Shown here one piece after another: positions 9,995-19,559 of a stretch of DNA of 64,000 nt. How positions within the stretch are numbered: position 1 is the first letter of the stretch; each line of letters starts with the position of its first letter. The position numbers and the translations under genes are program-made. The stretch is taken from positions 138,646 to 202,645 of the forward strand of contig DASZTG010000021.1 of NCBI GenBank assembly GCA_035548375.1, given 5' to 3'. The notes under the pieces are model-generated. The model saw nothing but the letters and a program-made list of their open reading frames with translations. It was not told the DNA's origin and searched no databases. The stretch is from Burkholderiales bacterium (GTDB taxonomy: Bacteria; Pseudomonadota; Gammaproteobacteria; Burkholderiales; JACQAP01).

Positions 9995-10264
9995 ATGTGC
10001 AGGAACATCAAGATCCTGTTCAACTTTGAGCCGCCGGTAACGGACGACGAGATCCGTGCCGCGGCGCTGCAGTTCGTGCGCAAGGTCAGTGGATTTACGC
10101 GGCCGTCACGCGCGAACGAAGCCGCGTTCGCTGCGGCTGTCGAGGAGATCGCGGCCGCATCGAGGAAGCTGCTCGGTTCCCTCGAAACGCACGCGCCGCC
10201 GCGCAACCGCGAGGACATGATCGCGAAGGCGCGCGAGCGCTCGGCGAAAAGATTTTCGAGTTAG
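9995..10264 (+). CDS. DUF2277 domain protein
   Basis: MCRNIKILFNFEPPVTDDEIRAAALQFVRKVSGF... matches my recollection of the conserved DUF2277 N-terminus. Confidence 0.65.
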   Translation: MCRNIKILFNFEPPVTDDEIRAAALQFVRKVSGFTRPSRANEAAFAAAVEEIAAASRKLLGSLETHAPPRNREDMIAKARERSAKRFSS

Positions 10265-10340
10265 CGGCGCCCCGAGGCGCCCGGACCGCAAGGGTGATAA
10301 CGTTCGCACAGGACATTTACATATACGGAGGGGGACCGTG

Positions 10341-10814
10341 ATGTTCGATCTGCAGACTTACACTTTGTTTCATGTCGTGCTGAGCCTGGTCGGCATCGTC
10401 GCCGGCCTGGTCGTCGTGGGAGGATTGATGTCAGGCGTGCGCCTGGATCGATGGACGCACGTTTTCCTGGCAACGACGTTGCTGACCAGCATCACCGGCT
10501 TCGGCTTTCCATTCACCGGGCTGCTGCCTTCGCACATGACGGGGATCGTGTCGCTGATCGTGCTGGTGCCGTGCTTCATGGCCCTCTACCTGAAGGGGCT
10601 GGGCGGCGGCTGGCGCAAGGTCTACGTGATCACGGCGGTGACGGCGTTGTGGCTGAACGTCTTCGTGCTGCTGGCCCAGCTGTTCCTGCGCGTACCGGCG
10701 CTCAACCAGCTTGGCCCGACGCCGAAGGATCCCGCATTCGCGATCACGCAATTGATGGGGCTCGTGCTATTCATTGTCATCGGGCGTGCGGCGTGGAGGG
10801 GATTTCGTAACTAG
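10341..10814 (+). CDS. Integral membrane protein (4-5 TM), unknown function
   Basis: GGAGGGGG lies 6 nt upstream of ATG 10341 (the track starts at GTG 10338). Hydrophobic throughout. Confidence 0.6.
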   Translation: MFDLQTYTLFHVVLSLVGIVAGLVVVGGLMSGVRLDRWTHVFLATTLLTSITGFGFPFTGLLPSHMTGIVSLIVLVPCFMALYLKGLGGGWRKVYVITAVTALWLNVFVLLAQLFLRVPALNQLGPTPKDPAFAITQLMGLVLFIVIGRAAWRGFRN

Positions 10815-10843
10815 CCGGTAAATGCCCGCGTCGACGATCTTGC

Positions 10844-12073
10844 CTAAGCCGGCGCCGGCGCCGGCTCCGGTGTGCGTTGCCGCGGCGGACTTTCGTCCAT
10901 CGACCACTGCAACGCAAACGCCGCGACGCCGATCACGATCAACGCGCCCCAGCCGAAGTTGTAGTTGCCCGTGAGATCGAAAATCACGCCACCCATCAGC
11001 GCGCCGAAGAACGAGCCGACCTGGTGGCTCAGGAACACGATCCCGAACAATGTATTGAAATGCGTCAGGCCGAATACGCGGCCGACGATCCCGGTGACCA
11101 GCGGCGCGACGCCTAGCCAGAGAAAGCCCATCGCCGAGGCGAACACCAGCGTCGTGGTGGCCGTCACCGGCATCAGCAGGAACGCGCCGATGAACAGCGT
11201 GCGCAGCAGGTAGATCATCGCCAGCAGGCGCTTCTGGCTATGGCGCGCGCCGAGCAAGCCGAAGACGTAGGTCCCGATCGTGTTGAACAGGCCGATCAGC
11301 GCGAGCGCGCTCGCACCCACTCCCGGAGCCACCCCGCAGAGCTGCAAGTAGGATGGCAGGTAGGTGGCGATGAACACGAGCTGGAATCCGCAGGCGAAGA
11401 ACGCCAGGGTCATGAACAGGTAACCGCAGTGCGTCAGTGCTTCGCGTACCGCCTCGCCGAGGTTCTGCTTGCGCCCTGTGACGTCGCCGCCTGCGAGCGG
11501 CTGCTCGCGGACCATCAGCGAGAACAAGGCCATCGAGGCAGCGATCGCCGCGAATGTGAACAGGCCAGACTTCCATCCGAATCCGCCGATCATCCCTTGC
11601 CCGAGCGGTGCGAGCACCATGGTGCCGAGCGAGCCGGCGGCGGAAACCAGGCCGACGGTCTGGCTGCGCTTCTCCGGCGGCGTCGCGCGCGATACCGTGC
11701 CGATGAGCACGCCGAAGCCCGTCCCCGCGGTGCCCACACCCATCATAAACCCCGCAATAGCCAGCCCGCCGGGCAGCGCGTTCGAATACACCATGAGCAG
11801 CAGGCCAGCCGCATAGGTTAATGCAGTGCCGATCAGGATCGGACGCGCGCCGTGGCGGTCGGCGAGCGCGCCCACGAAGGGTTGCGACAGGCCCCAGACG
11901 ATGTTCTGCAGCGCGATGGAAAAGCCGAACGTGGCCGCCGAGATGCCGAGCTCCGTCGTCATCGGGCGCATGAACAGGCCCAGGCTCTGGCGCAGGCCCA
12001 TGCAGATGGAAATGATGAGGCCGCTCAGGACGATCAGCAGGAGCATTGCACGACGCTGGTGCATGGAAGCCAT
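10844..12073 (-). CDS. MFS transporter
   Basis: 409 aa, 12 TM-like segments. GALADRHGARP is an MFS loop 2-3 motif. Divergent from fmdA. Confidence 0.85.
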   Translation of the reverse strand: MASMHQRRAMLLLIVLSGLIISICMGLRQSLGLFMRPMTTELGISAATFGFSIALQNIVWGLSQPFVGALADRHGARPILIGTALTYAAGLLLMVYSNALPGGLAIAGFMMGVGTAGTGFGVLIGTVSRATPPEKRSQTVGLVSAAGSLGTMVLAPLGQGMIGGFGWKSGLFTFAAIAASMALFSLMVREQPLAGGDVTGRKQNLGEAVREALTHCGYLFMTLAFFACGFQLVFIATYLPSYLQLCGVAPGVGASALALIGLFNTIGTYVFGLLGARHSQKRLLAMIYLLRTLFIGAFLLMPVTATTTLVFASAMGFLWLGVAPLVTGIVGRVFGLTHFNTLFGIVFLSHQVGSFFGALMGGVIFDLTGNYNFGWGALIVIGVAAFALQWSMDESPPRQRTPEPAPAPA

Positions 12074-12326
12074 GACGCGGGATCTCCCTCGAATTCGATC
12101 AGCGCATTAAAGACGAGCGGCGCGACTGATTCAAACGATCTTTTTGCACGTTAGCCATGCGTTGCGGGAATGGCGATTCATCTGCCCGACGCCAATGGAC
12201 GGCCGACGACGTCCCGCTTTGATTTTTTCTCGCGGAGTGCTATCTTCGCCATGCGTCGAGTGATCGGCGTCACAGCAGCTCAAGTTTCCTGCCGGCAAAG
12301 CCGCCTTCGGGAAACACGGCGAGGGA

Positions 12327-12371
12327 GCCCACCACAGTTTTCGAACTGTCGTGGGCTTTTTTGTTTCGTTT
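12327..12371 (+). terminator. Intrinsic-terminator-like hairpin inside the fmdA 5' leader (candidate attenuator)
   Basis: gcccaccacagtt-ttcg-aactgtcgtgggc is a 13-bp stem with one mismatch, followed by ttttttgtttcgttt. It lies about 60 nt upstream of the fmdA ATG, and no + strand gene lies upstream. Confidence 0.55.
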
Positions 12372-12428
12372 CCAGGGAGTCACACCGTCGCGCGTATCGC
12401 ACCAACCACTTTTTCACAGGAGTCCGCC

Positions 12429-13655
12429 ATGCCCGAAACCGTCATCAGCGTCGATTTGTCGAAGTCACCGCAGAACCAGCCCGATCCCGTCATCGTCAAC
12501 CGCTGGCATCCCGACACGCCCCAGTTCGCCCACGTCAATCCAGGCGACGACTTCATCGTGGAGACGTTCTCCTGGGACGGCGCGCAGATCGGCAACAACG
12601 ACAGCGCCAACGACGTGCGCGACTGCAATCTGCTGCCATGCCATCACCTGTCCGGCGCGGTGGGCATCGACGGTGCCGAGCCCGGCGACTTGCTAGTGGT
12701 GGACATCCTCGACATCGGCCCGTTCGACAAACAACGCTGGGGTTACACCGGCATTTTCCCGACCGACAACGGCGCCAGCTTCCTGACCGACCTGTTCCCG
12801 GAACCGCGCAAGGCGGTATGGGACTTCAAGGGCATCTACGCGACGTCGCGCCATGTGCCCAACGTGCGCTTTGCCGGCATCACGCATCCGGGCATCCTCG
12901 GCTGCGTGCCCTCGGCCGAGCTGCTGAAGAAATGGAACGACCGCGAAAGAAAGCTCATCGCGACCGATCCAAACCGTGTACCTCCGCTCGCGCTGCCGCC
13001 CGATCCGACCGGCGTTATTCTGGGAGGCCTGAAAGGCGACGCCCTGAAGAAGGCAGCCATGGAAGGCGCGCGCACCATTCCGCCGCGCGAGCACGGCGGC
13101 AATTGCGACATCAAGAACCTCTCGCGCGGCAGCCGCGTATACCTGCCCGTGTACGTCAAAGGCGGCGGACTGGTCACCGGCGATTTCCATTTTTCGCAGG
13201 GCGACGGGGAAATCACGTTCTGCGGCGCCATCGAGATGGCGGGCTGGATCCACCTCGGCGTCGACCTCATCAAGGGCGGTTGCAGCAAGTACAACATCAC
13301 GCAGGCGATGTTCGAGACCAGCCCGGTGGATCCGCGCTACGGCGAGTTCCTCGTATTCGAAGGCATATCGGTGGAGGACGACGGCACGCAGCGCTACAAC
13401 GACACCACGCTCGCCTACCGCCGTGCGTGCATCCACGCCATCAATTACCTCAAGAATTTCGGCTTCACCGGCGAGCAGGCGTACACGATCCTGAGCACAG
13501 CGCCGGTCGAGGGGCGCGTCAGCGGTGTCGTCGATATCCCGAATGCCTGCGTGTCGCTCTACATCCCGACCGCGATATTCGATTTCGACATCCGTCCGAA
13601 TTCCAAGGGTCCGTCGAAACAAGTCGGCAAGGGCGACCTCGCGCGCGCCGCGTGA
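12429..13655 (+). CDS. fmdA: Formamidase (acetamidase/formamidase family)
   Basis: AGGAG then ATG 12429 (MPETVISVDLSK...). HFSQGDGEITFCGAIEM and overall similarity to FmdA-type formamidases. 408 aa. Confidence 0.9.
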   Translation: MPETVISVDLSKSPQNQPDPVIVNRWHPDTPQFAHVNPGDDFIVETFSWDGAQIGNNDSANDVRDCNLLPCHHLSGAVGIDGAEPGDLLVVDILDIGPFDKQRWGYTGIFPTDNGASFLTDLFPEPRKAVWDFKGIYATSRHVPNVRFAGITHPGILGCVPSAELLKKWNDRERKLIATDPNRVPPLALPPDPTGVILGGLKGDALKKAAMEGARTIPPREHGGNCDIKNLSRGSRVYLPVYVKGGGLVTGDFHFSQGDGEITFCGAIEMAGWIHLGVDLIKGGCSKYNITQAMFETSPVDPRYGEFLVFEGISVEDDGTQRYNDTTLAYRRACIHAINYLKNFGFTGEQAYTILSTAPVEGRVSGVVDIPNACVSLYIPTAIFDFDIRPNSKGPSKQVGKGDLARAA

Positions 13656-13693
13656 TCGACCAGATATCCATCATTGGAGCGAAGGAGAACACG

Positions 13694-14002
13694 ATGCCGC
13701 TTTACGACTACCACTGCGATACCTGCGGGCCGTTCCGCCAATTCCGTTCGATCAGCAACCGGTTCGTCCCGGCCGACTGCGCAGCATGCGGGGCGAAAAT
13801 CGAAAGGGTCCTGACGGCCCCGCAATTGAACGTGATGTCGAGCAACAACCGGATCGCGGAAACGCGCAACGAGAAAAGCGCACACGAGCCGGGCGTGGTC
13901 AATGTGATGAAGCCCGCCGACGAAAAAAGACCGAAGGCGCCGAAGCCTTTGCGCGGTCACGGCCACGCGCACGCGCATCGGCCGTGGATGCTGGGGCACT
14001 GA
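13694..14002 (+). CDS. fmdB: FmdB-family zinc-ribbon regulatory protein
   Basis: GAAGGAG then ATG 13694. MPLYDYHCDTCGPF...CAACGAK is the CxxC...CxxC ribbon. This is the last 102 codons of the spurious track ORF 12170..14002. Confidence 0.8.
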   Translation: MPLYDYHCDTCGPFRQFRSISNRFVPADCAACGAKIERVLTAPQLNVMSSNNRIAETRNEKSAHEPGVVNVMKPADEKRPKAPKPLRGHGHAHAHRPWMLGH

Positions 14003-14158
14003 CAGGCAGGGAGTCCGGGAATGCCGCGACCGACGGACTTCCTGGACTCCCGGCTCATTGACTGGAGCTGGTTCGGGCCCATGCCGATCGAATGTAAGAT
14101 GCCGTAACTCAGGATTCGTGCGAATTGCCGGTCACGCGTCCTCAATGCAAGGGGGGCG

Positions 14159-14797
14159 ATGGCCATGCCGCACCTGATCCTGCTCGGCGATTCGATATTC
14201 GACAACGTGTCCTATACCGCAGGCGGCCCCGATGTGACCGCGCAAGTTCGCCGACTGCTGCCGTCCGACTGGGGACTGAGCCTGCTGGCGGTCGATGGCA
14301 ATTTCACCTCAGACGTGGAAAACCAGCTGGCGGGCCTGCCGGCGGATGCCACGCATCTCGTCATCAGCATCGGCGGCAACGACATCTTGATGCATGCCGG
14401 CGTGCTCGATCTGCTTGCGTCGACAACCGCCCATGCGGTCGGCATCCTTGCAGGGGAGAAGGAAAAATTCGAAAACGCATACCGCGCCGCGATCGGGCAT
14501 TGCCTGCGGCTCGAGCTTCCGCTCACCGTCTGCACGGTCTACAACGGTTCCTTTCCGGAGCAAGGCTACCAGCGCATCCTCTCGACGGCGCTGGCAATAT
14601 TCAATGACGTAATCCTGCGCGTGGCGATCGAGCACGGCTTGCCTGTCATTGACTTGCGTTCGATATGCCGTAACCCGGAGGACTACGCCAATCCCATCGA
14701 ACCGTCTTCAATCGGCGGAGACAAAATCGCGCATGCGATCGTCGGGGTCGTCACCGGCTCCGGAATTGGAAAGTCGGCATCGATCTATCGCCAGTAG
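14159..14797 (+). CDS. SGNH/GDSL hydrolase
   Basis: LLGDSIFDN (block I) and SIGGNDIL (block III). Confidence 0.75.
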   Translation: MAMPHLILLGDSIFDNVSYTAGGPDVTAQVRRLLPSDWGLSLLAVDGNFTSDVENQLAGLPADATHLVISIGGNDILMHAGVLDLLASTTAHAVGILAGEKEKFENAYRAAIGHCLRLELPLTVCTVYNGSFPEQGYQRILSTALAIFNDVILRVAIEHGLPVIDLRSICRNPEDYANPIEPSSIGGDKIAHAIVGVVTGSGIGKSASIYRQ

Positions 14798-14832
14798 CTT
14801 CCGCACAACCCGATCCTCGCGCCGACGAATTG

Positions 14833-15714
14833 TCAGATTGCAACAGGCGGTACCTGCCGCATGCCCACCAGGTGATTGATGACCAGCGCGCCGATGACGA
14901 TGCCGCCCCCGAGCAGGGCGGCGTCGCCGGGGCGCTCGCCTACGAACATCCACGTCGACACCACGCCGAAGATGATCTCGAGGATGGAGATCAGCGCGAC
15001 TTCCGCCGACGACAGGTGCGGCACCGCAAGCATGTAGAGCAGCAGGCCGACGCCAAGCTGTACCGCGCCCATCGTCGCCAGCAGGCCGAGGTCGGCCGGT
15101 GAGACGGCCAGCGGAAGCGCGAACGGCAGGGTCGTCGCCATCGAGAAAATGCCGGCCAGCAGGATGGAGGGAATGAAATCCAGCGTGGCCCGGTGCTTTC
15201 TCAGCAGCACCACGTTGAAGGCGAAGGCGATGGGGATGCACAGTGCGATCAGGTTGCCGGTTCCGCCGCCGCTGGAGATGGACTCATAGAACATCAGCAC
15301 GACGCCGGCGAATGCCGCGGCCATTGCGAACCAGGTACGCGACGCGACGGGTTCCCCCAGGAAAATCCGACCCGTCAGCGCGGCGGCGAAAGGCGAGATG
15401 CTGCCCAGTACCAGCGTGTTGGCGATCGTGGTGCGCGAAATCGCCAGGATGAAACACAGGAACATCAAGGCGAACATCGCGCCGGAGATCACGCCCGGCC
15501 AACCCATGGCGCGAATGCGCTCGAACAGGCGCCCGCGGTGCTGGAGCGCGAGCACGACCAGCAGGAATACCGTCAGGAACAGCGAGCGCCAGAACGTGAT
15601 TTTCCAACCGTCGTGGACCTCCATGTTCCGCACCAGCACGCCTGCGCTGGCCCAGCACATGCACGCACCCACGAGGAGGACGACGCCTTTGCGGTGTTGC
15701 GCGGATGCTGTCAT
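14833..15714 (-). CDS. EamA/DMT-family transporter
   Basis: 293 aa, 10 TM-like segments in two repeats. Confidence 0.8.
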   Translation of the reverse strand: MTASAQHRKGVVLLVGACMCWASAGVLVRNMEVHDGWKITFWRSLFLTVFLLVVLALQHRGRLFERIRAMGWPGVISGAMFALMFLCFILAISRTTIANTLVLGSISPFAAALTGRIFLGEPVASRTWFAMAAAFAGVVLMFYESISSGGGTGNLIALCIPIAFAFNVVLLRKHRATLDFIPSILLAGIFSMATTLPFALPLAVSPADLGLLATMGAVQLGVGLLLYMLAVPHLSSAEVALISILEIIFGVVSTWMFVGERPGDAALLGGGIVIGALVINHLVGMRQVPPVAI

Positions 15715-15737
15715 CGACTAGAGCTCTCGATCATAAA

Positions 15738-15920
15738 TCTCATCACGAAGACACGAAGGGCACGAAGAAATGCAAATGCGACAATGTTGAAAATTGTTTT
15801 CATTCCAGGTGAGCAATCGGACATCGCAACGTCTTGAGTAGACCTACGGTGATTTCGTGCGAGTTCTTTTTTTTGACCTTCTTCGTGTTTCTTTGTGTCC
15901 TTCGTGTCTTTGTGATGAGA
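15738..15920. repeat. Cassette 2: inverted-repeat cassette, CACGAAG flavour
   Basis: The left arm is tctcatcacgaagacacgaagggcacgaagaaa. The reverse complement of the right arm (15877-15920) begins tctcatcacaaagacacgaaggacacaaagaaa, matching at 30/33. The spacer is 106 bp. Confidence 0.85.
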
Positions 15921-15921
15921 A

Positions 15922-16977
15922 TTAGATGGCTGTGGGTATTGCGACGCCGAGTTTTTCGCTCCACGGCTGCAGCGCTGGCAGGATGCCGGGATACAGTTCC
16001 ACGCCGTCTTTCAATTGCTTCTCGCGTCGGCGCAATCCGGATTCGCCGGGCAGGCGTACGCGATCGAAGCCCGGGCGCGGCGGGGTGTTGCGGCATGCGT
16101 TCGCGATCCATTCGGTCTGGCGCACGAAGTCGTCCTCGCCGCCGAACAGCCGCGGATCGAACACCTGGACGTAGACGTTCGCGGCCCAGCCTTCATTCGG
16201 ATCTGCGCGCCCGTGACCGGACAGGCCCTGCGTCAATGCTTCGACCAGCAGGCCGAGCGAGTAACCCTTGTGGCCGTGGTCGAGTCCGCCGATCGGCAGC
16301 AGTCCGCCCTTGGGCTCATTGAACACGACGGCGGGATCGTCGGACGGATTGCCGTGGCCGTCGAGCACCCACTGGCCCGGCAGCTTGCGCTTCTCGCGAT
16401 TCAGGCGGCCGGTGAGGCCGTGCGTCGTGATCGACATGGACACGTCGATGATGACCGGGTCGCCCTTCGTCGGCCACGCCGCGGCGATCGGATTCGGCGT
16501 GTGCGTGCCGGTGCCCTTGCCGCCGTGGGGTACCACGCCGCCGACTTCCGGACCGGACGAGATCAGCATCACCATCATGCCCTGGTCCGTGACTTTCTTG
16601 AGGTAGGCCGCGAGGCAGGCGATGTGATGGCTGCGACGGATCGTCACCGTGCAGGTGCCAAGTGTCTTTGCGCGTTCCAGCGCGAGGTCGATCGCCGTTG
16701 CGGTCAGCCACACGCCGGGAAGACGCATCCCGTCCCAGGTCACCGCCGCGGGAAAATCCGCGATCACGCGCGGACTGCCCGACTTCGCCATGCCGCCTTT
16801 TTCGAGGTCGTTCAGATAGGGCGCCAGCAACTGCAGGCCATGTGTCGTGTGGCCGAGCAGGTCGCCCTCCACGAGAACCTCCGCGACGACTTTGGATTTG
16901 TCATGATCGAGCCCGGCCTTGTCGAGCAGGGCCGTCGCGTAGGTGATCAGTTCGGATGATTTGTATTTATCGGACAT
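15922..16977 (-). CDS. Ldh_2-family (malate/L-lactate/sulfolactate type) NAD(P)H-dependent dehydrogenase
   Basis: 351 aa. GDLLGHTTHGL and the overall layout fit the family. Confidence 0.8.
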   Translation of the reverse strand: MSDKYKSSELITYATALLDKAGLDHDKSKVVAEVLVEGDLLGHTTHGLQLLAPYLNDLEKGGMAKSGSPRVIADFPAAVTWDGMRLPGVWLTATAIDLALERAKTLGTCTVTIRRSHHIACLAAYLKKVTDQGMMVMLISSGPEVGGVVPHGGKGTGTHTPNPIAAAWPTKGDPVIIDVSMSITTHGLTGRLNREKRKLPGQWVLDGHGNPSDDPAVVFNEPKGGLLPIGGLDHGHKGYSLGLLVEALTQGLSGHGRADPNEGWAANVYVQVFDPRLFGGEDDFVRQTEWIANACRNTPPRPGFDRVRLPGESGLRRREKQLKDGVELYPGILPALQPWSEKLGVAIPTAI

Positions 16978-16984
16978 AGGTCAA

Positions 16985-17172
16985 AACCCAACGCAGAGAC
17001 GCAGAGGAAAAAGAGTTCGCAGAGGAAACGGAATGAACTAGAGGGGTATGGATTATGACCTGGATATCATCGCGCCTTCCCTCTTGAACATCGTCGAGCG
17101 TTCTGACTGGATCCTCCAACTGCTATTACTCTGTGTTCCTCCGTTATTCTCTGCGCCTCTGCGTTGGGTGTA
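16985..17172. repeat. Cassette 3: inverted-repeat cassette, CGCAGAG flavour
   Basis: The left arm is aacccaacgcagagacgcagaggaaaaag... The reverse complement of the right arm (17129-17172) is tacacccaacgcagaggcgcagagaataacgg... The first roughly 25 nt match and the inner parts diverge. Confidence 0.8.
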
Positions 17173-17190
17173 ATCAGTAGGCAGCAATCC

Positions 17191-18315
17191 TTAGATCATG
17201 ATGATCTGCCGCACCGTATGGCCGGAGGCGAGGCGATCGAAGCCGACGTTGATGTCTTCGAGCTTGATGTGGTCGCTCATGAGCTTGTTCACCGGCAGCA
17301 TGCCGCGGCGATACAGGTCGATGTAGCGCGGGATATCGCGCGACGCGACGCAGGAGCCGACGTAGCTGCCCTTGATGGTGCGTTCCTCCGCGACCATGTT
17401 CACGTGCTGCAGCGGCCAGCGGTGGTCGGGGTGGGGCAGGCCGGCGGAAACCGTTGTGCCGCCGCGGCGCGTGATGCGATAGGCGAGTTCCATGGCCTGT
17501 ACGGAGCCGGCCATTTCCAGCGCGAAGTGCACGCCGCCGCCGGTCAGGTCCTTCACCTTCTGGATCGCGTCGGGATCCTTCGCATTCACGGTGTCGGTTG
17601 CGCCCAGGTCTTTCGCCAGCTTGAGCTTGTCGTCGTGCAAGTCGATGGCGACGATTTGCTGCGCGCCGGCGACGATGGCGCCGAGCAATGAATTCAGTCC
17701 GACACCGCCAAGGCCAAGCACGGCGACTTTGGCACCGGGAAATACCTGCGCGGTGTTGAACACCGCACCGACGCCGGTGAGCACCGCGCAGCCGAACAGC
17801 GCGGCCTCGTCGAACGGCAGCGACTTGTCGATCCTGACCAGCGAGCCGCGATTGACCACGCAGTATTCCGCGAACGCGGAGACGCCGACATGGTGATAGA
17901 CCTGCGCGCCGTTCTGGCTCAGGCGCATGCCGCCGTTGAGCAGCTTGCCCGCGCCGTTGGCCTGCTGGCCGGGCTCGCAGCGGCCAGGATGGCCTTCGAC
18001 GCAGGGCGCGCACTGGCCGCAACTCGGCGCGAATACCAGCGCAACATGGTCGCCGACCTTGAGGTCGTTGATGCCGGCACCGATTTCCTCGACGATGCCG
18101 GACGCTTCATGCCCGAGCACCATCGGCATCTGGCGCGGGCGATCTCCATTGACCGTGGACAGGTCGGAATGGCACAGGCTCGCCGCCTTGACCTTGACCA
18201 GCACTTCGCGCTGGCCGGGCTTGTCGAGCTCGACTTCCTCTATGACCATGGGCTTGCTGTCCGCGTACGGCTGCGGCAGGTTCATCTGGCGAATGACTGC
18301 GGCTTTGATTTTCAT
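17191..18315 (-). CDS. Zn-dependent alcohol dehydrogenase (class III-like)
   Basis: GHEASGIVEEIG, structural-Zn CGQCAPCVEGHPGRC, and the GLGGVG NAD motif. Confidence 0.9.
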   Translation of the reverse strand: MKIKAAVIRQMNLPQPYADSKPMVIEEVELDKPGQREVLVKVKAASLCHSDLSTVNGDRPRQMPMVLGHEASGIVEEIGAGINDLKVGDHVALVFAPSCGQCAPCVEGHPGRCEPGQQANGAGKLLNGGMRLSQNGAQVYHHVGVSAFAEYCVVNRGSLVRIDKSLPFDEAALFGCAVLTGVGAVFNTAQVFPGAKVAVLGLGGVGLNSLLGAIVAGAQQIVAIDLHDDKLKLAKDLGATDTVNAKDPDAIQKVKDLTGGGVHFALEMAGSVQAMELAYRITRRGGTTVSAGLPHPDHRWPLQHVNMVAEERTIKGSYVGSCVASRDIPRYIDLYRRGMLPVNKLMSDHIKLEDINVGFDRLASGHTVRQIIMI

Positions 18316-18331
18316 TGCTGCTCCACGTCTG

Positions 18332-18500
18332 AATCGGAACCACGGAGAACACGGAGTAAACGGAGAGAAAAGAGATGGGGAAAGAATGGTGTGGCGCGCT
18401 CTTCAAAATCGATCGCCTGCACGGATCGATTCCTGTGCAACAACTCCTTCCGCTTTATGTTTTCTCCGTGCCCTCCGTGATCTCCGTGGTTCCGGATTGG
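18332..18500. repeat. Cassette 4: inverted-repeat cassette, CACGGAG flavour
   Basis: The left arm is aatcggaaccacggagaacacggagtaaacggagagaaaag. The reverse complement of the right arm (18460-18500) is ccaatccggaaccacggagatcacggagggcacggagaaaa. Confidence 0.85.
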
Positions 18501-18510
18501 AATTTTCGTC

Positions 18511-19260
18511 TTAGTAAGTCGCGCGACCGCCGGAGAGGTCGAACGTCGAAGCGGTCGTGAACGAGCAATCCTCGGTGCAAGCCCAGCACACGGTTGCCGC
18601 GATTTCCTCGACCAGGCCGAATCGGCCCATCGGGATTTTCGAGAGCATGTAGTCGATGTGGCTTTGCGCGACCTGGTCGAAGATCGGCGTCTTCACCGCG
18701 GCTGGTGTCACGCAATTCACGGTGATGTTGTTCTTCGCGAGTTCCTTGCCGAGCGACTTGGTCAGGCCGATCACGGCGGCCTTCGAGGAGCTGTACGCCG
18801 ATGCGTTCGGATTGCCTTCCTTGCCGGCGACCGAGGCGATGTTGACGATGCGCCCGTAATTGTTCTTGACCATGTGCGGCACGACGGTGCGGCAGGTGTA
18901 GAACGTGCCGTGCAGGTTGATGTCGTGCACGCGTATCCATTCGTCCACCGGGTAGTCGGCGACGGTCGCGTTCTTGCCGGCGACTCCCGCGGAATTCACC
19001 AGCGCGTCGACCTTGCCGAATGCGGCCACCGTGGATTTGAACGCGGCCTCGACCTGGTCGATCTTGCTGACATCGACCTTCGCCGTATGCACCTTGCCGG
19101 CGCCGAGTGATTTGGCCGCCTCCGCCATGCTCTGCTCGTTGAAGTCCCAGATGGCGACGTTCGCGCCGGATTGTGCGAGGCGCTTCGAGATGGCCAGTCC
19201 GATGCCGGACGCGCCGCCGGTGACGATGGCGCTGCGGCCCTTCATGTCGAGTTGGTTCAT
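18511..19260 (-). CDS. SDR-family oxidoreductase (3-oxoacyl-ACP reductase-like)
   Basis: TGGASGIG, NSAG and YSSSK motifs. Confidence 0.85.
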   Translation of the reverse strand: MNQLDMKGRSAIVTGGASGIGLAISKRLAQSGANVAIWDFNEQSMAEAAKSLGAGKVHTAKVDVSKIDQVEAAFKSTVAAFGKVDALVNSAGVAGKNATVADYPVDEWIRVHDINLHGTFYTCRTVVPHMVKNNYGRIVNIASVAGKEGNPNASAYSSSKAAVIGLTKSLGKELAKNNITVNCVTPAAVKTPIFDQVAQSHIDYMLSKIPMGRFGLVEEIAATVCWACTEDCSFTTASTFDLSGGRATY

Positions 19261-19361
19261 TGCACTACTCCTTATTGTTTTGTTCGATCGCCTGCCGACG
19301 GGGGGTGCCGGGCGCGGAAGACCGCCATTTTAATTCAAAACGGATTTTTGACGACCGAGGC

Positions 19362-19557
19362 GTACACCCAACGCAAAGGCGCAAAGGACGCGAAGAACGC
19401 AAAGGAAATCAATGGAATTGAAGTGGCGGCAAGCCGATCTTGCCGCTGCGAAATTTGCCAATGTTGTGGGCTTCATTCGAAGCGATTCGTTTCCCCTCCT
19501 TGACTTCGCGTTTCTTTGCGAACTCTGCGTCCTTTGCGCCTTTGCGTTGAGGTGTAT
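19362..19557. repeat. Cassette 5: inverted-repeat cassette, CGCAAAG flavour
   Basis: The left arm is gtacacccaacgcaaaggcgcaaaggacgcgaagaacgcaaaggaaa. The reverse complement of the right arm (19504-19557) is atacacctcaacgcaaaggcgcaaaggacgcagagttcgcaaagaaacgcgaag. Confidence 0.85.
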
Positions 19558-19559
19558 CC

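Noticed and set aside
12170-14002. 610-aa + strand ORF
   Set aside because: It is out of frame with formamidase over most of its length and Arg-rich. Only its last 102 codons (13694..14002, the FmdB zinc ribbon, with its own SD) are credible.
15738-19557. CRISPR array interpretation of the 9-nt periodic arms
   Set aside because: The units are only 8-10 nt with no intervening unique spacers. The arms occur as inverted pairs, not direct repeats, and no cas genes are present.
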